From assembly GCA_027451365.1 (NCBI GenBank), contig DAIDJN010000034.1:34268-98267 (forward strand): a DNA stretch of 64,000 nt. Direction: 5' to 3'. Positions 21,625 to 32,648 of the stretch are shown here, in pieces. The notes beneath the pieces are model-generated. The model had not been told where the DNA came from. It ran no database searches and saw nothing but the letters and a program-made list of their open reading frames with translations. The DNA comes from Phycisphaerales bacterium. Its GTDB lineage: Bacteria > Planctomycetota > Phycisphaerae > WQYP01. How positions within the stretch are numbered: the stretch's first letter is position 1; each line of letters begins with the position of its first letter. A program made the translations under genes and the position numbers.

Positions 21625-22341
21625 ACGGATGGGACCTTGGATATCGCCGGGAGGTTGGGGGCGAAAATTGTCCAGCGGCGATGGGATGACGAAGCCACCC
21701 ACCTGAACTGGGCGGCAACCCATATCGATTTTGGCCGCCCTTGGGTCCTGCATTTTGACGCCGATGAACGCATGACGCCGGAACTCTGGACGGAAATGAC
21801 CTCCCGCACAGCCGCGGCCACGGATTCGGCTGCTTTTGAAATGCGCCGCAAGGATATGTTCATGGGAACATGGATACGCCACAGCAGCTTTTATCCCTGC
21901 TGGTTTGCGCGGCTTTATCAGCCGCCGAAAATCCGCTGGGAACGTGTCATCAACCCGGTCACGATTGTCGATGGCCCCATTGGACGCCTCGACGGTCATT
22001 TTTTTCACTATCCGTTCAGCAAGGGAACCGGCGGGTGGTTTGCGCGCCATATTAAATATGCCGAAGGAGAGGCGGCGGAACTGCTTAAATCCGATTTGCA
22101 GCCGATTCAGTGGAATAAACTGCTCTCGGGAGGGCAGGACCGGCGCCGAGAACTTAAACGGCTGTTTTACCGCATGCCGGCCCGACCCATGATTAAATTT
22201 CTGGTGTTGTATTTACTCCGCCGCGGCTTTCTGGATGGGCGGGCCGGGTATCATTATGCGCGGATGCAATCAGTTTATGAATATATGATTCACTTGCGCG
22301 TCCTGGAGGAAAAACGCCGCGCCGCGGGCCAGCCGGTTTAG
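21625..22341 (+). pseudogene. 5'-truncated GT2 (beta-1,4-glucosyltransferase-like)
   Basis: Similarity starts at TDGTLDIA, in the middle of the DxxSTDxT motif. In-frame TGA at 21586. Retains FDADERM and GFLDGRAG. Confidence 0.7.
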
Positions 22342-22389
22342 ACTCTGCAACTGGAATGGGCGTATTGATTCGCCACCATTTAGCGGACA

Positions 22390-22410
22390 CCTCCACTTTT
22401 TCGGTGGAGG
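22390..22410. terminator. Stem-loop downstream of GT2
   Basis: CCTCCAC-7 nt-GTGGAGG; no strong U tail. Confidence 0.3.
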
Positions 22411-22627
22411 CCACCATGACTCCGGGCTTCCAACCGCCGCTATTCAGGAATGGGTGAAGGGACAACAATAAAGTTCCGCAGCCACAAGCAATTGCGGCGA
22501 CGACCCACACGGTAGGCATGAATTTCAGATATTCCGCCGACCGGTATTTTTGCGTTTCTAAGGTGTTTACGCTAGATTGCCCGGTTTGTGTGAATTTCCC
22601 CTGGCGGGGAGAAGTGCTTGGAATGTT

Positions 22628-23836
22628 ATGGGTTTGATTTTACAGAAATTCGGCGGAACATCGGTGGCCACGGCGGAGAAAATCCATGCCGCGGCGGCGA
22701 AAGTTGTAGCTGCTAAAATCGCCGGAAATAAGGTGGTGGTGGTCGTATCGGCAATGGGGCACGCGACAGATGAACTGCTGGAACTGGCCCGGCAAGTCTG
22801 CCCGAATCCACCTAAACGTGAACTTGACCAGCTTCTGGCGACCGGCGAACAGGTCACTATTGCCCTGATTGCCATGGCCCTGCACCAGCAGGGGCATGAG
22901 GCGATCAGTTTCACCGGCGGCCAGATAGGGCTGATTACGGATAATGTTCACAGCAAGGCACGCATCCGCGAAATAGATAAAAAGCGGATTGAGGCGGAAC
23001 TTGAGGCCGGCAAGATTGTGATTGTGGCCGGTTTCCAGGGAGTCACGGAAAAAGGAGATGTGACCACCTTGGGCCGGGGCGGCAGCAACGCCACGCTGGT
23101 GGCCCTGGGGGCGGTTTTAGGCGGTGCGTGCGAAAACTTCACCGATGTGGATGGCGTATTCACCGCCGACCCGCGCATTGTGAAAAACGCCCGCAAGATA
23201 GATCAGATCAGTTATGATGAAATGATGGAATTATCCAGCGTAGGGGCCGGCGTACTGCAGACCCGTGCGGTGGAATTTGCCAAGAAATACAATGTGCCGA
23301 TTCATGTCCGTAACAGCGGGCACGACCGGCCGGGAACCTGGATTGTCGCGGAGACCAAGGCGATGGAACATGTTGTGGTGGCGGGATGCGCCCTGAAAAA
23401 AGACCTGACGCGCATTACGCTGAAAAATATCCCAGACCGGCCGGGTATTGTGGCCCGCATTTTTACCGCGGTCGCTGAACACAATATTGTGGTGGATGAC
23501 ATTATTCAAAACGTGATGGATGACAAGACGGCCAATATCAGTTTCACGGTTGAACATGGCGATCTGGCGGACCTGAAGCCTGTGGTGGATCGACTGACGG
23601 TGGAACTGGGCGGATCAGCCACCTATGAAAAGGACCTGGCCAAAGTTTCCGCGGTGGGCGTCGGAATGAAGCAGGCCACTGGCGTGGCGGGCACCATGTT
23701 TTCCGCCCTGGCTAGCGAGGGCATTAACATTCAGAATATTTCCACCAGCGAAATCAGAATCAGTTGCACCGTGGCGCGGCAGGATGCCGACAAGGCGCTG
23801 CGGGCGGTTCATGCCGCCTTTGGACTTGGCAGCTGA
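22628..23836 (+). CDS. lysC: Aspartate kinase, alpha subunit
   Basis: QKFGGTSV, TTLGRGGS, TDVDGVFTADPR, two ACT domains, ISTSEIRISC. Confidence 0.96.
   Translation: MGLILQKFGGTSVATAEKIHAAAAKVVAAKIAGNKVVVVVSAMGHATDELLELARQVCPNPPKRELDQLLATGEQVTIALIAMALHQQGHEAISFTGGQIGLITDNVHSKARIREIDKKRIEAELEAGKIVIVAGFQGVTEKGDVTTLGRGGSNATLVALGAVLGGACENFTDVDGVFTADPRIVKNARKIDQISYDEMMELSSVGAGVLQTRAVEFAKKYNVPIHVRNSGHDRPGTWIVAETKAMEHVVVAGCALKKDLTRITLKNIPDRPGIVARIFTAVAEHNIVVDDIIQNVMDDKTANISFTVEHGDLADLKPVVDRLTVELGGSATYEKDLAKVSAVGVGMKQATGVAGTMFSALASEGINIQNISTSEIRISCTVARQDADKALRAVHAAFGLGS
23363..23836 (+). CDS. Putative aspartate kinase beta subunit from an in-frame internal start
   Basis: GGAG at 23350-23353, 9 nt before ATG 23363 (Met246, MEHVVVAG) at the start of ACT1. 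Confidence 0.6.
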   Translation: MEHVVVAGCALKKDLTRITLKNIPDRPGIVARIFTAVAEHNIVVDDIIQNVMDDKTANISFTVEHGDLADLKPVVDRLTVELGGSATYEKDLAKVSAVGVGMKQATGVAGTMFSALASEGINIQNISTSEIRISCTVARQDADKALRAVHAAFGLGS

Positions 23837-23962
23837 TCCGCACCGCCAGCGCGTACGACATATTTTGCACAGGAGAGCCGCCCTGCGGGCGGCCGACAGG
23901 ATGCATGCTTTTCCGGCGACGATAGTGTATTGATTCGCCGCAAGCCTGGAGTCGCGGTTCAC

Positions 23963-24913
23963 ATGACGCTGTTGACTATCAGAACAGACCCCCCGTCGGC
24001 TGCGGCCCCTGCATCGCCCATGCGGCTGGCCTGGCTGCGATTCGGAGACAACCGGCTGGGGATAGCGGGTCTGGTCGGCCTGACGATTCTGGCGATGCTG
24101 TGTTACGGCACGCTTCCCTGGACCTTAACGCATTACAACCAGCAGAATCTGCACAACGTGCTTCAATCGCCGGACGCGGCACACTGGATGGGGACGGATC
24201 GGCTGGGGCGGGATTTATTCTGCCGGTTTCTGCTGGGCGGGGCCATTTCGCTGTTTATCGGCCTGGCTTCGGCCGCAATTGCCGTCAGCATCGGCGTTGT
24301 CGTGGGGCTGGTTGCCGGGTACACGGGCGGCCGAACCGATGCGTTTCTGATGCGTAGTGTGGATGTGCTGTATGGCCTGCCGAATATTCTGCTGGTGATT
24401 CTGCTTAGGGTGGCCCTGCTTGGTCGTGTAGGCGGCTGGCTGGGCGCGGCGGGCGTGCGGCAGCCGCAGACTTTTGCGGGACTTCTGGTTTTGCTTGTGG
24501 GAATTGGGGCGGTCAGTTGGCTGACCATGGCGCGGGTGGTTCGCAGCGGAGTCATGAGCCTGCGTGACCAGCCCTTTGTGGAGGCGGCCCGAGCGATGGG
24601 CCTTGGTCCGATGCGCATCATGTTTCGGCATATTCTGCCCAATCTGGTCAGTTCGGTGGTGGTGTACGCCACCTTGACGGTTCCCGGAGCGATATTGAGC
24701 GAATCATTTTTAAGTTTTCTGGGATTGGGAGTTCAGCCCCCGCTGCCAACATGGGGAAATCTTGCGTCCGCGGGTGTGGGTGATATCAATCCGATTCATA
24801 CACACTGGTGGCTGATATTCTGGCCGTGCGCGGGGCTGGGAATGGGCCTGTTGTGCCTGAATTTTGTGGGCGATGCCCTGCGGGATGCGCTGGACCCGCG
24901 CACAAGACCCTGA
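23963..24913 (+). CDS. Peptide ABC transporter permease (OppC-like)
   Basis: HWMGTDRLGRD, EAA loop FVEAARAMG, ESFLSFLGLG. Confidence 0.92.
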   Translation: MTLLTIRTDPPSAAAPASPMRLAWLRFGDNRLGIAGLVGLTILAMLCYGTLPWTLTHYNQQNLHNVLQSPDAAHWMGTDRLGRDLFCRFLLGGAISLFIGLASAAIAVSIGVVVGLVAGYTGGRTDAFLMRSVDVLYGLPNILLVILLRVALLGRVGGWLGAAGVRQPQTFAGLLVLLVGIGAVSWLTMARVVRSGVMSLRDQPFVEAARAMGLGPMRIMFRHILPNLVSSVVVYATLTVPGAILSESFLSFLGLGVQPPLPTWGNLASAGVGDINPIHTHWWLIFWPCAGLGMGLLCLNFVGDALRDALDPRTRP

Positions 24914-25024
24914 TTTGCGGTTAGAATTCCGGCACGGAAAAGCGGGGCGGCCGGTTGACCGCCCGCACACAAAGGCCGGCAAGCCCTTCGGGCACCGGTT
25001 TGCTCAAAACGCATGGGAGCCTGC

Positions 25025-26875
25025 ATGGGCAATCGCTTCACGGTCAAGGACTTTATATTTCTGGTGATCATGCTGGCGTTGCTGTTGCTGATCGGTCTAA
25101 CGATGGGGCAATACAGCTACCAGGGACGGCAGATTGTGTCGCTGCGCAAGGCGATACAAACTCTGAATCAGCAGCAGGGCATGGAAATTCAACTGCTGCG
25201 TAAAATTTCCGCCGGTGGCACTGCCATCGGCCACGCCACCGCCACACCGGCGCGGGCCAGCGTCCGCAAAACCCTGCCCGACGGCGATCGCTATGTATTT
25301 TTCCCGAATCCTCCGATATCGCCGCACAATCCCTACTCCCGCCCGGACTACGCCCCCGGCGACTGGCTGGTGCTGAATCTGGATGCGGAACCCAACCGCA
25401 TCATGCCCTATGTACCGCAAAGCCTGGCGGCAATGGACGTTCAAAACTGGGTACTCGAGTCCCTGCTGGTGCGCAACCCAGACACCTTGAGGTTTGATCC
25501 GTGGCTGGCGCGGTGGTACCGCGTCAGCAAAAATGGCCTGAAGATCACCTTTCGCCTTCGCAAGCGGGCGAAATTTTCCAACGGCCAGCCGGTGACGGCG
25601 CAGGATGTCGTATTCTCTTATCAGACGATCATGAATCCGGGAATTAATTGCGCCCCGATTCGCGGCTATTTTGATGATGTGAAAACGTGCGTTGCCGTCG
25701 GCCGGCGCACAGTCATTTTCACGTTCAAAAAGCCTTATTTTAAATCGCTTGAAGAAGTGGGGGAAATGCAGATCATTCCGGAAAATGTGTATAAATTCAA
25801 ACAACCCGGAGATTTTAATCACAACGGACGCGTGCTGGTGGGAAGCGGACCGTATATCCTGAAGCGCTGGACACCGGGACAAAGCATCGTTCTGGCGCGC
25901 AATCCGTATTACTGGGGCCCCCCACCGACGTTTAACCGCATCGTGATGCGATTTATTCAGAATCCGCAGGCGGCTTTGCAGGCTTTTCTGGCCGGCCAGA
26001 TTGATGTGGACAGCCTGGAACCTTCGCAATGGGTTAAATACAAAAAGCAGCCGGACTTTGCGAAAAAATATATCCGCTACAAATACATGCTGCCCACATC
26101 AGGCTACAGCTACATTGGCTGGAATCTGCGAAAACCGTGGTTCAAAGACCGCCAAACCCGCACCGCTCTGACGATGCTGGTCAACCAACCGGCCATGATC
26201 AAAACATTTTTGTATGGTCTGGCACAACAAACCACCGGCCCCTTTAATCCACTTTCGCCGCAAAACGATCCTTCCATCCGACCGCTTCCCTACGCCCCGG
26301 CGGCGGCGGAAAAACTGCTGGCCAAGGCCGGCTGGAAAAGGGGTTCTGCCGGCGTGCTGGAACGCGATGGCGTGACATTTCATTTTTCGCTGACCATTCC
26401 GTCACAGTTTCCACTGGGTCAGCGCATGGCGGAATATATCAAGTCGGCATTCGCCCGCGCCGGTGTGGACATGACCATCCAACCGCTTGATTTCGCGTCC
26501 ATGATCACCAATCTCAACCATCGCAAATTCGATGCGGTCATGATTTCCTGGAGCGGCGGCATTGAACAGGACCCTTATCAGATATTTGATTCCGCATCCT
26601 TTGCTCATGAGGGAAGCAATGCCGGAGATTATGACGACCCGGAAGCCGACCGGCTGATCGCACTGGGGCGCCGGGAAATGAACCTGCCCAAACGCATGGC
26701 GATATGGCATCAACTTCAAGGCGTGATTTATCATGACCAGCCGTACATGTTCATGTTTACATTTTACAGCCTCAGTGTCATCAACCACCGGTTTAAAAAC
26801 ACGCGCCCGTATAGAAAACTGGGCCTGAATGAAGGTGACTGGTATGTCCCTCTGGCGGCGCAGAAATACCACTGA
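25025..26875 (+). CDS. Family 5 peptide ABC substrate-binding protein with N-terminal membrane anchor
   Basis: TFRLRK..KFSNGQPVTAQDV.FS and GSGPY motifs; N-terminal TM followed by a coiled segment. Confidence 0.9.
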   Translation: MGNRFTVKDFIFLVIMLALLLLIGLTMGQYSYQGRQIVSLRKAIQTLNQQQGMEIQLLRKISAGGTAIGHATATPARASVRKTLPDGDRYVFFPNPPISPHNPYSRPDYAPGDWLVLNLDAEPNRIMPYVPQSLAAMDVQNWVLESLLVRNPDTLRFDPWLARWYRVSKNGLKITFRLRKRAKFSNGQPVTAQDVVFSYQTIMNPGINCAPIRGYFDDVKTCVAVGRRTVIFTFKKPYFKSLEEVGEMQIIPENVYKFKQPGDFNHNGRVLVGSGPYILKRWTPGQSIVLARNPYYWGPPPTFNRIVMRFIQNPQAALQAFLAGQIDVDSLEPSQWVKYKKQPDFAKKYIRYKYMLPTSGYSYIGWNLRKPWFKDRQTRTALTMLVNQPAMIKTFLYGLAQQTTGPFNPLSPQNDPSIRPLPYAPAAAEKLLAKAGWKRGSAGVLERDGVTFHFSLTIPSQFPLGQRMAEYIKSAFARAGVDMTIQPLDFASMITNLNHRKFDAVMISWSGGIEQDPYQIFDSASFAHEGSNAGDYDDPEADRLIALGRREMNLPKRMAIWHQLQGVIYHDQPYMFMFTFYSLSVINHRFKNTRPYRKLGLNEGDWYVPLAAQKYH

Positions 26876-26917
26876 CGCGACCTGCTGAAAGCAGTTGTTC
26901 ATAAACGGACAAACGCA

Positions 26918-27928
26918 ATGGCATCTTACATTTTCAAGCGACTGCTGCTGATGATTCCCACGCTTCTGGGAATGACCTTCATGCTGTTTGTGGTCGTGCG
27001 CATGGCACCCGGTTTGTCCACGGGCGGCGGGCAGTTTGCGGCCGGAACCATCCGTTCGCAGCAGGCACAAAAGGCCGAATCGCTGTTTGTCAAGCGCGAA
27101 CTGCACATGGTGGACCGCAACGGCAAGCCGATCGGCCTGGCGAGGCAGTATTTTATATGGATCGATGACCTGATACATGGCAATCTTGGCTATTCAACGC
27201 AATACAATCAGCCGGTGATCAACCTCATTGAACAGCGGTTACCCGTGACGCTGGCCATCAATTTTCTGTCGATCATCATTGTCTATCTGGTGGCGGTTCC
27301 CGGCGGCATGCTGGCGGCGGTTAAGCAGCAGTCGTTCGCCGATCGCTGCTTCGGCTTTGTCAGTCTGGCGCTCTATTCGCTGCCCATTATATGGGTGGGA
27401 TCCATGATGCTGGGCCTGCTGGCCAATCCGCAGAAACTCAACTGGTTTCCGTCCGCGGGGATTCATTCCACCAACACCTCCAACATGACCTATTTTCAAT
27501 ACGTGTGGGATTACTGCTGGCACATTACCCTGCCGGTCATCTGCCTGAGCTATGGCAGCTTTGCCTATTTAGCCAAACAGGTGCGGGGGTCGATCCTGGA
27601 AAACTACCGGATGGATTATGTCCGCACAGCGCGGGCCAAGGGGCTGCCGGAATCCGCTGTTCTGCTGCGCCATATTTTGCGAAACAGCTTGTTGCCGCTG
27701 GTAACCATTGTGGGCATGACGCTTCCTGGCCTGCTGGGCGGGTCGGTCATAGTGGAGCAGATATTTTCGATTGATGGCATGGGCAAGCTGGCCTACAGCG
27801 CCACGTATGCGCGCGATCTTCCAATGATTCAGACAATTTCACTTATCGGCGCGGTGCTGATGCTGATCGCCTATCTGCTGGTGGATATCTGTTATGCGGC
27901 CCTGGACCCGCGGGTGTCCTATGCCTGA
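26918..27928 (+). CDS. Peptide ABC transporter permease (OppB-like)
   Basis: YIFKRLLLMIPTL, DYVRTARAKGL, LDPRV. Confidence 0.93.
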   Translation: MASYIFKRLLLMIPTLLGMTFMLFVVVRMAPGLSTGGGQFAAGTIRSQQAQKAESLFVKRELHMVDRNGKPIGLARQYFIWIDDLIHGNLGYSTQYNQPVINLIEQRLPVTLAINFLSIIIVYLVAVPGGMLAAVKQQSFADRCFGFVSLALYSLPIIWVGSMMLGLLANPQKLNWFPSAGIHSTNTSNMTYFQYVWDYCWHITLPVICLSYGSFAYLAKQVRGSILENYRMDYVRTARAKGLPESAVLLRHILRNSLLPLVTIVGMTLPGLLGGSVIVEQIFSIDGMGKLAYSATYARDLPMIQTISLIGAVLMLIAYLLVDICYAALDPRVSYA

Positions 27929-29168
27929 TACAACAGCCGTACCGCAACAGGCAAAGGATTCGCCGCAATCCGCGGTCCGCAGCTATTGGCGGGTGGTGCT
28001 GGACCGATCCGTGCGACCGCTGCTGGTCAGAGCTAGCCTGGCCTATATCGCACTGCTGCTATTTCTAGCGGTTTTCGTGCCATTTATCGCCAATGCCCAC
28101 CCTTATAGCATAATGCTAAAGAATCCGACGGGCGGCTACTCACACGCCTATCCGCTGTTTGCCGACCTAACCACCACAGATATAAACATGCTTCTGGCCG
28201 GCGCGGGCCTGCTTGTCTGCATTTCCATGCGTCTGCTGATTCCACCTTCGGCGGCTAATGGGACGCGAAACTGGCGGCGAACAGGCATTCTATGGACCAT
28301 CGGCCTGACACTGACGGGCTGCCTGGCGGTGACTTATCTCCACCATAATTTTCTGGACAGTCGGGATTACCGGCAGCTTCTGCGGACCGGTCAGGCCAAA
28401 GCCGCGATCATGGCTCCGATCCCCTGGGGATATGCCACTATGGAACCGTTGGAAAAGGACCTTGTGAACAAGCGCCCGATGCCGGGGCACCTGCTGGGCA
28501 CCGACGGACTGGGGCGCGATGAACTTGCCCGTCTGCTCTGGTCGGCGCGTGTGGCAATGGGCATTGGATTCATCAGCCAATTTATTGCGCTGGCAATTGG
28601 CATTCTGGTAGGTGCGATCATGGGCTATTTTTCCGGCGTGATGGACATTCTGGGTATGCGACTGGTCGAAATTGTGGAATCCGTTCCGACATTCTTTCTG
28701 ATTCTCACATTTGTCGCGACCTTTGGCCGAAGCATTACACTGATCATGATCATTCTTGGAATTACCGGTTGGACGGGTTACGCGCGCCTGCTGCGCGGAG
28801 AATTTTTTCGCATTCGCAGCCTGGATTATGTCACCGCGGCGCATGCTTCCGGCGCGCCACTCTGGCGGATTCTGTTCCGGCATATGCTGCCCAACGGACT
28901 TACGCCCGTACTGGTATCCGCAAGTTTTGGCTTGGCTGGCGCGGTGACCATCGAATCCAGCCTCAGCTATCTTGGTGTGGGTGTGCGTCCGCCCACGCCA
29001 TCGTGGGGACAGATGCTCAATGCCGCCGGAAATCCAGCCACCGTGTTCCGCTGGTGGCAGGCACTTGGACCGGGGATGGCGCTTTTTCTGGCGGTACTGG
29101 CTTTCAATCTGGCCGGGGAGTCATTCCGTGATGCCATAGACCCGCGTAATCTTGCAAAGGAAAACTGA
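27921..29168 (+). CDS. Peptide ABC transporter permease (OppC-like, extended N-terminus)
   Basis: [27 protein letters not shown]; overlaps the upstream stop. Confidence 0.92.
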   Translation: MPDTTAVPQQAKDSPQSAVRSYWRVVLDRSVRPLLVRASLAYIALLLFLAVFVPFIANAHPYSIMLKNPTGGYSHAYPLFADLTTTDINMLLAGAGLLVCISMRLLIPPSAANGTRNWRRTGILWTIGLTLTGCLAVTYLHHNFLDSRDYRQLLRTGQAKAAIMAPIPWGYATMEPLEKDLVNKRPMPGHLLGTDGLGRDELARLLWSARVAMGIGFISQFIALAIGILVGAIMGYFSGVMDILGMRLVEIVESVPTFFLILTFVATFGRSITLIMIILGITGWTGYARLLRGEFFRIRSLDYVTAAHASGAPLWRILFRHMLPNGLTPVLVSASFGLAGAVTIESSLSYLGVGVRPPTPSWGQMLNAAGNPATVFRWWQALGPGMALFLAVLAFNLAGESFRDAIDPRNLAKEN

Positions 29169-30238
29169 TGTCAACGGAAATTCAAGCCCAAGGCGTTCCG
29201 CTGCTGGAGGTGCGCAATCTTCGCACTGAATTCCGTGCTGCAAATGGGCCGCCGATTCCCGCAGTGGATGGCGTTTCCTTTTGCATTTACCCGGGACAGA
29301 CGATGGCTCTGGTGGGGGAATCCGGATGCGGCAAAAGTGTTTCCGCCATGTCAATTCTTCGCCTGGTTCCTGAGCCGCCTGGGAAAATCACAGCGGGCGA
29401 AATTATATTTGACGGCCATGACCTGTTGAAACTGCCGGAAAAGCGAATGCGGCAGATCCGCGGCGGACGCATTGCCATGATTTTTCAGGAGCCGATGACC
29501 TCGCTGAATCCTGTTTTCACCATTGGTGACCAGATTATGGAAGCCATAGATCTGCACCAGAAGGTTTCGGTTCGGGACGCATTGGACTTGGCCGTGGATT
29601 CGCTTAAGCGTGTGGGAGTTGCGGACCCGGCGCGGCGGCTGCGGGAATTTCCGCATCAAATGTCCGGCGGCATGAAACAGCGCATCATGATAGCCATGGC
29701 GCTGGCCTGCAAGCCGGACCTGCTGATTGCCGATGAACCGACCACTGCATTGGATGTGACTATTCAGGCCCAGATTCTGGAGTTGTTGGCGGAATTGCGG
29801 GAAAGTACGGGCATGGCCCTGCTTTTAATTACCCACGACCTGGGCGTGGTGGCGGAAAATGCGGACACGGTGGCCATTATGTATGCCGGGCGGATCGTAG
29901 AATTTGCCAATGTGTATGATCTTTTCGATCACCCTCTTCACCCTTATACACAGGGGCTGTTAAGCTGCGTCCCGCGTCTAGGGCATGAGGCGGAACTGCT
30001 TACCACCATTCCCGGAACGGTTCCCAATCCGCGGACCTGGCTGAACACCTGCCGATTTGAACCGCGCTGCACCTTGTGCCCGCCGGGGCCGCGCGAATTA
30101 TGTCGCGCCCAAATGCCGGAACTTAAGGAAGTTACACCCGGCCACTGGGCGGCCACGTTTAACGCGCCAAACTATTCTTCTGTGGCCACAGCTTCGGTGC
30201 CGAATCTGAATTTTAATCGCACCCAAACGCCCGCTTAA
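29168..30238 (+). CDS. Peptide ABC transporter ATPase (OppD-like)
   Basis: [30 protein letters not shown]. Confidence 0.95.
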   Translation: MSTEIQAQGVPLLEVRNLRTEFRAANGPPIPAVDGVSFCIYPGQTMALVGESGCGKSVSAMSILRLVPEPPGKITAGEIIFDGHDLLKLPEKRMRQIRGGRIAMIFQEPMTSLNPVFTIGDQIMEAIDLHQKVSVRDALDLAVDSLKRVGVADPARRLREFPHQMSGGMKQRIMIAMALACKPDLLIADEPTTALDVTIQAQILELLAELRESTGMALLLITHDLGVVAENADTVAIMYAGRIVEFANVYDLFDHPLHPYTQGLLSCVPRLGHEAELLTTIPGTVPNPRTWLNTCRFEPRCTLCPPGPRELCRAQMPELKEVTPGHWAATFNAPNYSSVATASVPNLNFNRTQTPA

Positions 30239-30403
30239 TACACGCGTCTGGAAGGGCCACTGCTTGCGAAACAACCATCAGAGGGCCATAAACGCATGAA
30301 GTTCACGAAAGTAAAAATACCTTGGCGTACTCCGGCATCCGCTGCCGATAAATAAAATAATGACTTGACTTGTGTGTCGTTTTTGTCTGCTTGGGCAAGA
30401 TTC

Positions 30404-32449
30404 ATGGACCGACCACGAACCAGTGATGAACCTCCGGCAGCGGTTGTAAACCAAAACCCCCGGCCCGGAACCATGCGCAGTGGGGTTCGCCTTGGAATAC
30501 CAATTGAAACCAAAGTTTTGCTTGCGCTGCTTAGCCTGGTAGCCATTATGTATGCTCTGGCGGCGGTGGCCAGCAACTATGCAATTGCGACAGTCGCGGC
30601 GGAGCATCGTATATCACGTGACAACAAAACGCTTGGGGCATTAACCGGACTGCTTTCATCGCTGCAAAATGCCGAAACGGGTCAGCGTGGTTACATTATT
30701 ACGGGTCGGGATTCCTACCTGCAACCTTACACCGCAGGCTCGGCGGCCATTCATCATGATCTGGCGCGATTGCAACAACTGCTGCCGAAGACCGCGAATA
30801 ACCAGCGTATCCTTGACCGAATGCGATCCCTGTGCGCGCACAAACTCACAGAGCTCAAGTCCACGATTTTCCTTCGCAAGACCATGGGGTTTGCGGCCGC
30901 CCGGAATGCGGTCCTGACGAATATTGGCAAGTCGGAAATGGACAGCCTGCGTGGCGATATTGCGACATTGCGCGCCGGGGAAACCGGCTCACTGGCTGCG
31001 GAAGATCGGCTCGCGCGCCGTCGGCGCACACTTACGGAATTGCTGGCCGGCGTATTTGTTCTGTTGGTAACGCTGGTCGTGCTGGCCGGATATCGAATTC
31101 TTCTGTACGACCTGCGTCAAAAGCGGATTCTTTCCGCCAAGCTAAGGGACCAATCCAGTCGCGATTTACTGACCGGGTTGGCCAACAAAGCGCTGTTTTT
31201 TGAGTGGCTGCGCTTTCACATGACCCGGCTGCGGCGCGAAGGAGGTCTGGCGGCGCTGCTGGTGGTGAATCTGGATAATTTTCGGGTGTTGAATCAGCGA
31301 AGGGGCGCGGCAACCGGGGACATCGTGCTGAAAATGGTTGCTGAACGCATCCAAAGCTGCATAAGGACAGACCAGTTGGTCGCACGCCTGGATTCTGATG
31401 ACTTTGCCGTATTATTGCCGGATGTTGCCGACACGCTTGATTCCTCCCAGGTTGCCAGCCAGATCATCGATAGCATTTCCCAGCCCATCCCGGTTCGTGA
31501 TGCACTGGTGCAGGTGGGTGCCAGTATCGGCATCGGCCTGTATCCCGGAGATGGCCGGGAACCTGACACCATTCTGGCGGCCGCATTTAATGCCATGCAG
31601 ACCGCCAAACGTTTGGGGCGGCACCGGTTTGTATTCAACCAAGAGTCGCTGAACGAAGGCATTCCGCGCACCAGCCGGCTAAGCGGCGATTTACGTCAGG
31701 CCCTGGATCGCGGCGAATTTTTCCTGTGCTATCAGCCGATGGTGCATTCACGCAGCAACAAGCCATTGGTGATGGAAGCACTGATCCGCTGGCGGCATCC
31801 GGAATTCGGCGTTCTGCCGCCGCTGGAATTCATTCCACTGATTGAGAAAAGCGGCCTGATTGTGCCCATTGGCGCATGGGTCATGAAACAGGCGTGCGGA
31901 CAATTGGCACAGTGGCGAAGGAACGGTTTTGATGTTCGCATGGCGGTGAATGTGTCCGCGGTTCAGTGCGGGAATCTGAATTTGTGCGAGGTCGTCAATC
32001 GTGAAATATCCAGTGCGGGCATTGAACCGGATATGCTGGAAATTGAATTGACTGAAAGCATTCTGATGGAAGATCAGGCCGAACCGGTACTCCGCCGGCT
32101 TTCATCCATGGGTACGCGACTGGCTGTGGATGATTTTGGCACAGGCTTCGCGTCGCTTTCATATCTGCGGCGATTCCCGATTCATCGGCTTAAAATTGAC
32201 CGAAGTTTTGTGCGTTCCATTACCGCCGACGAATCCGACCAGCGGCTGGTGCGTGCGATTACAAAAATGGCACATGACCTGAATCTGACGGTTACCGCGG
32301 AAGGAGTGGAATCCGCGGATGCGGCGCGCCGCCTTGAAGCGATCGGATGCGATGCACTTCAGGGATTTTTCTTCGCCCGCCCGATGGAAGCGGCACCCTG
32401 TGGCAAATGGATACAGGGGGCTTTTGAACATGTGAGTTTTAACGGATGA
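30404..32449 (+). CDS. CHASE3-GGDEF(degenerate)-EAL membrane c-di-GMP protein
   Basis: AETGQRGY (CHASE3) between two TMs; ARLDSDDF; EALIRW, DDFGTG, KIDRSF, AEGVE, QGF. Confidence 0.9.
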   Translation: MDRPRTSDEPPAAVVNQNPRPGTMRSGVRLGIPIETKVLLALLSLVAIMYALAAVASNYAIATVAAEHRISRDNKTLGALTGLLSSLQNAETGQRGYIITGRDSYLQPYTAGSAAIHHDLARLQQLLPKTANNQRILDRMRSLCAHKLTELKSTIFLRKTMGFAAARNAVLTNIGKSEMDSLRGDIATLRAGETGSLAAEDRLARRRRTLTELLAGVFVLLVTLVVLAGYRILLYDLRQKRILSAKLRDQSSRDLLTGLANKALFFEWLRFHMTRLRREGGLAALLVVNLDNFRVLNQRRGAATGDIVLKMVAERIQSCIRTDQLVARLDSDDFAVLLPDVADTLDSSQVASQIIDSISQPIPVRDALVQVGASIGIGLYPGDGREPDTILAAAFNAMQTAKRLGRHRFVFNQESLNEGIPRTSRLSGDLRQALDRGEFFLCYQPMVHSRSNKPLVMEALIRWRHPEFGVLPPLEFIPLIEKSGLIVPIGAWVMKQACGQLAQWRRNGFDVRMAVNVSAVQCGNLNLCEVVNREISSAGIEPDMLEIELTESILMEDQAEPVLRRLSSMGTRLAVDDFGTGFASLSYLRRFPIHRLKIDRSFVRSITADESDQRLVRAITKMAHDLNLTVTAEGVESADAARRLEAIGCDALQGFFFARPMEAAPCGKWIQGAFEHVSFNG

Positions 32450-32621
32450 CTCCATCTTATAGTTACGATAAGGAACCGGGCCGGAATAACGCCGCGAATT
32501 CGGATAGGCTGGAACTCCGATGCGCTGAAAACGGAAAACTAAATTTCACATAGTCGCCGACTTATCTGCAAAACGGACAGTTTGGGGAGCAATCTTGTTG
32601 AACAATATACGTTTTAGTCGG

Positions 32622-32648
32622 CTGCGGCCTGTATTCGGCAGGCCGCAG
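32622..32648. terminator. 10-bp GC-rich hairpin between the EAL gene and icd
   Basis: CTGCGGCCTG-7 nt-CAGGCCGCAG. Confidence 0.45.

Noticed and set aside
25097..27178. 310-aa and 258-aa minus-strand ORFs
   Set aside because: Antisense shadows of the ABC transporter genes.
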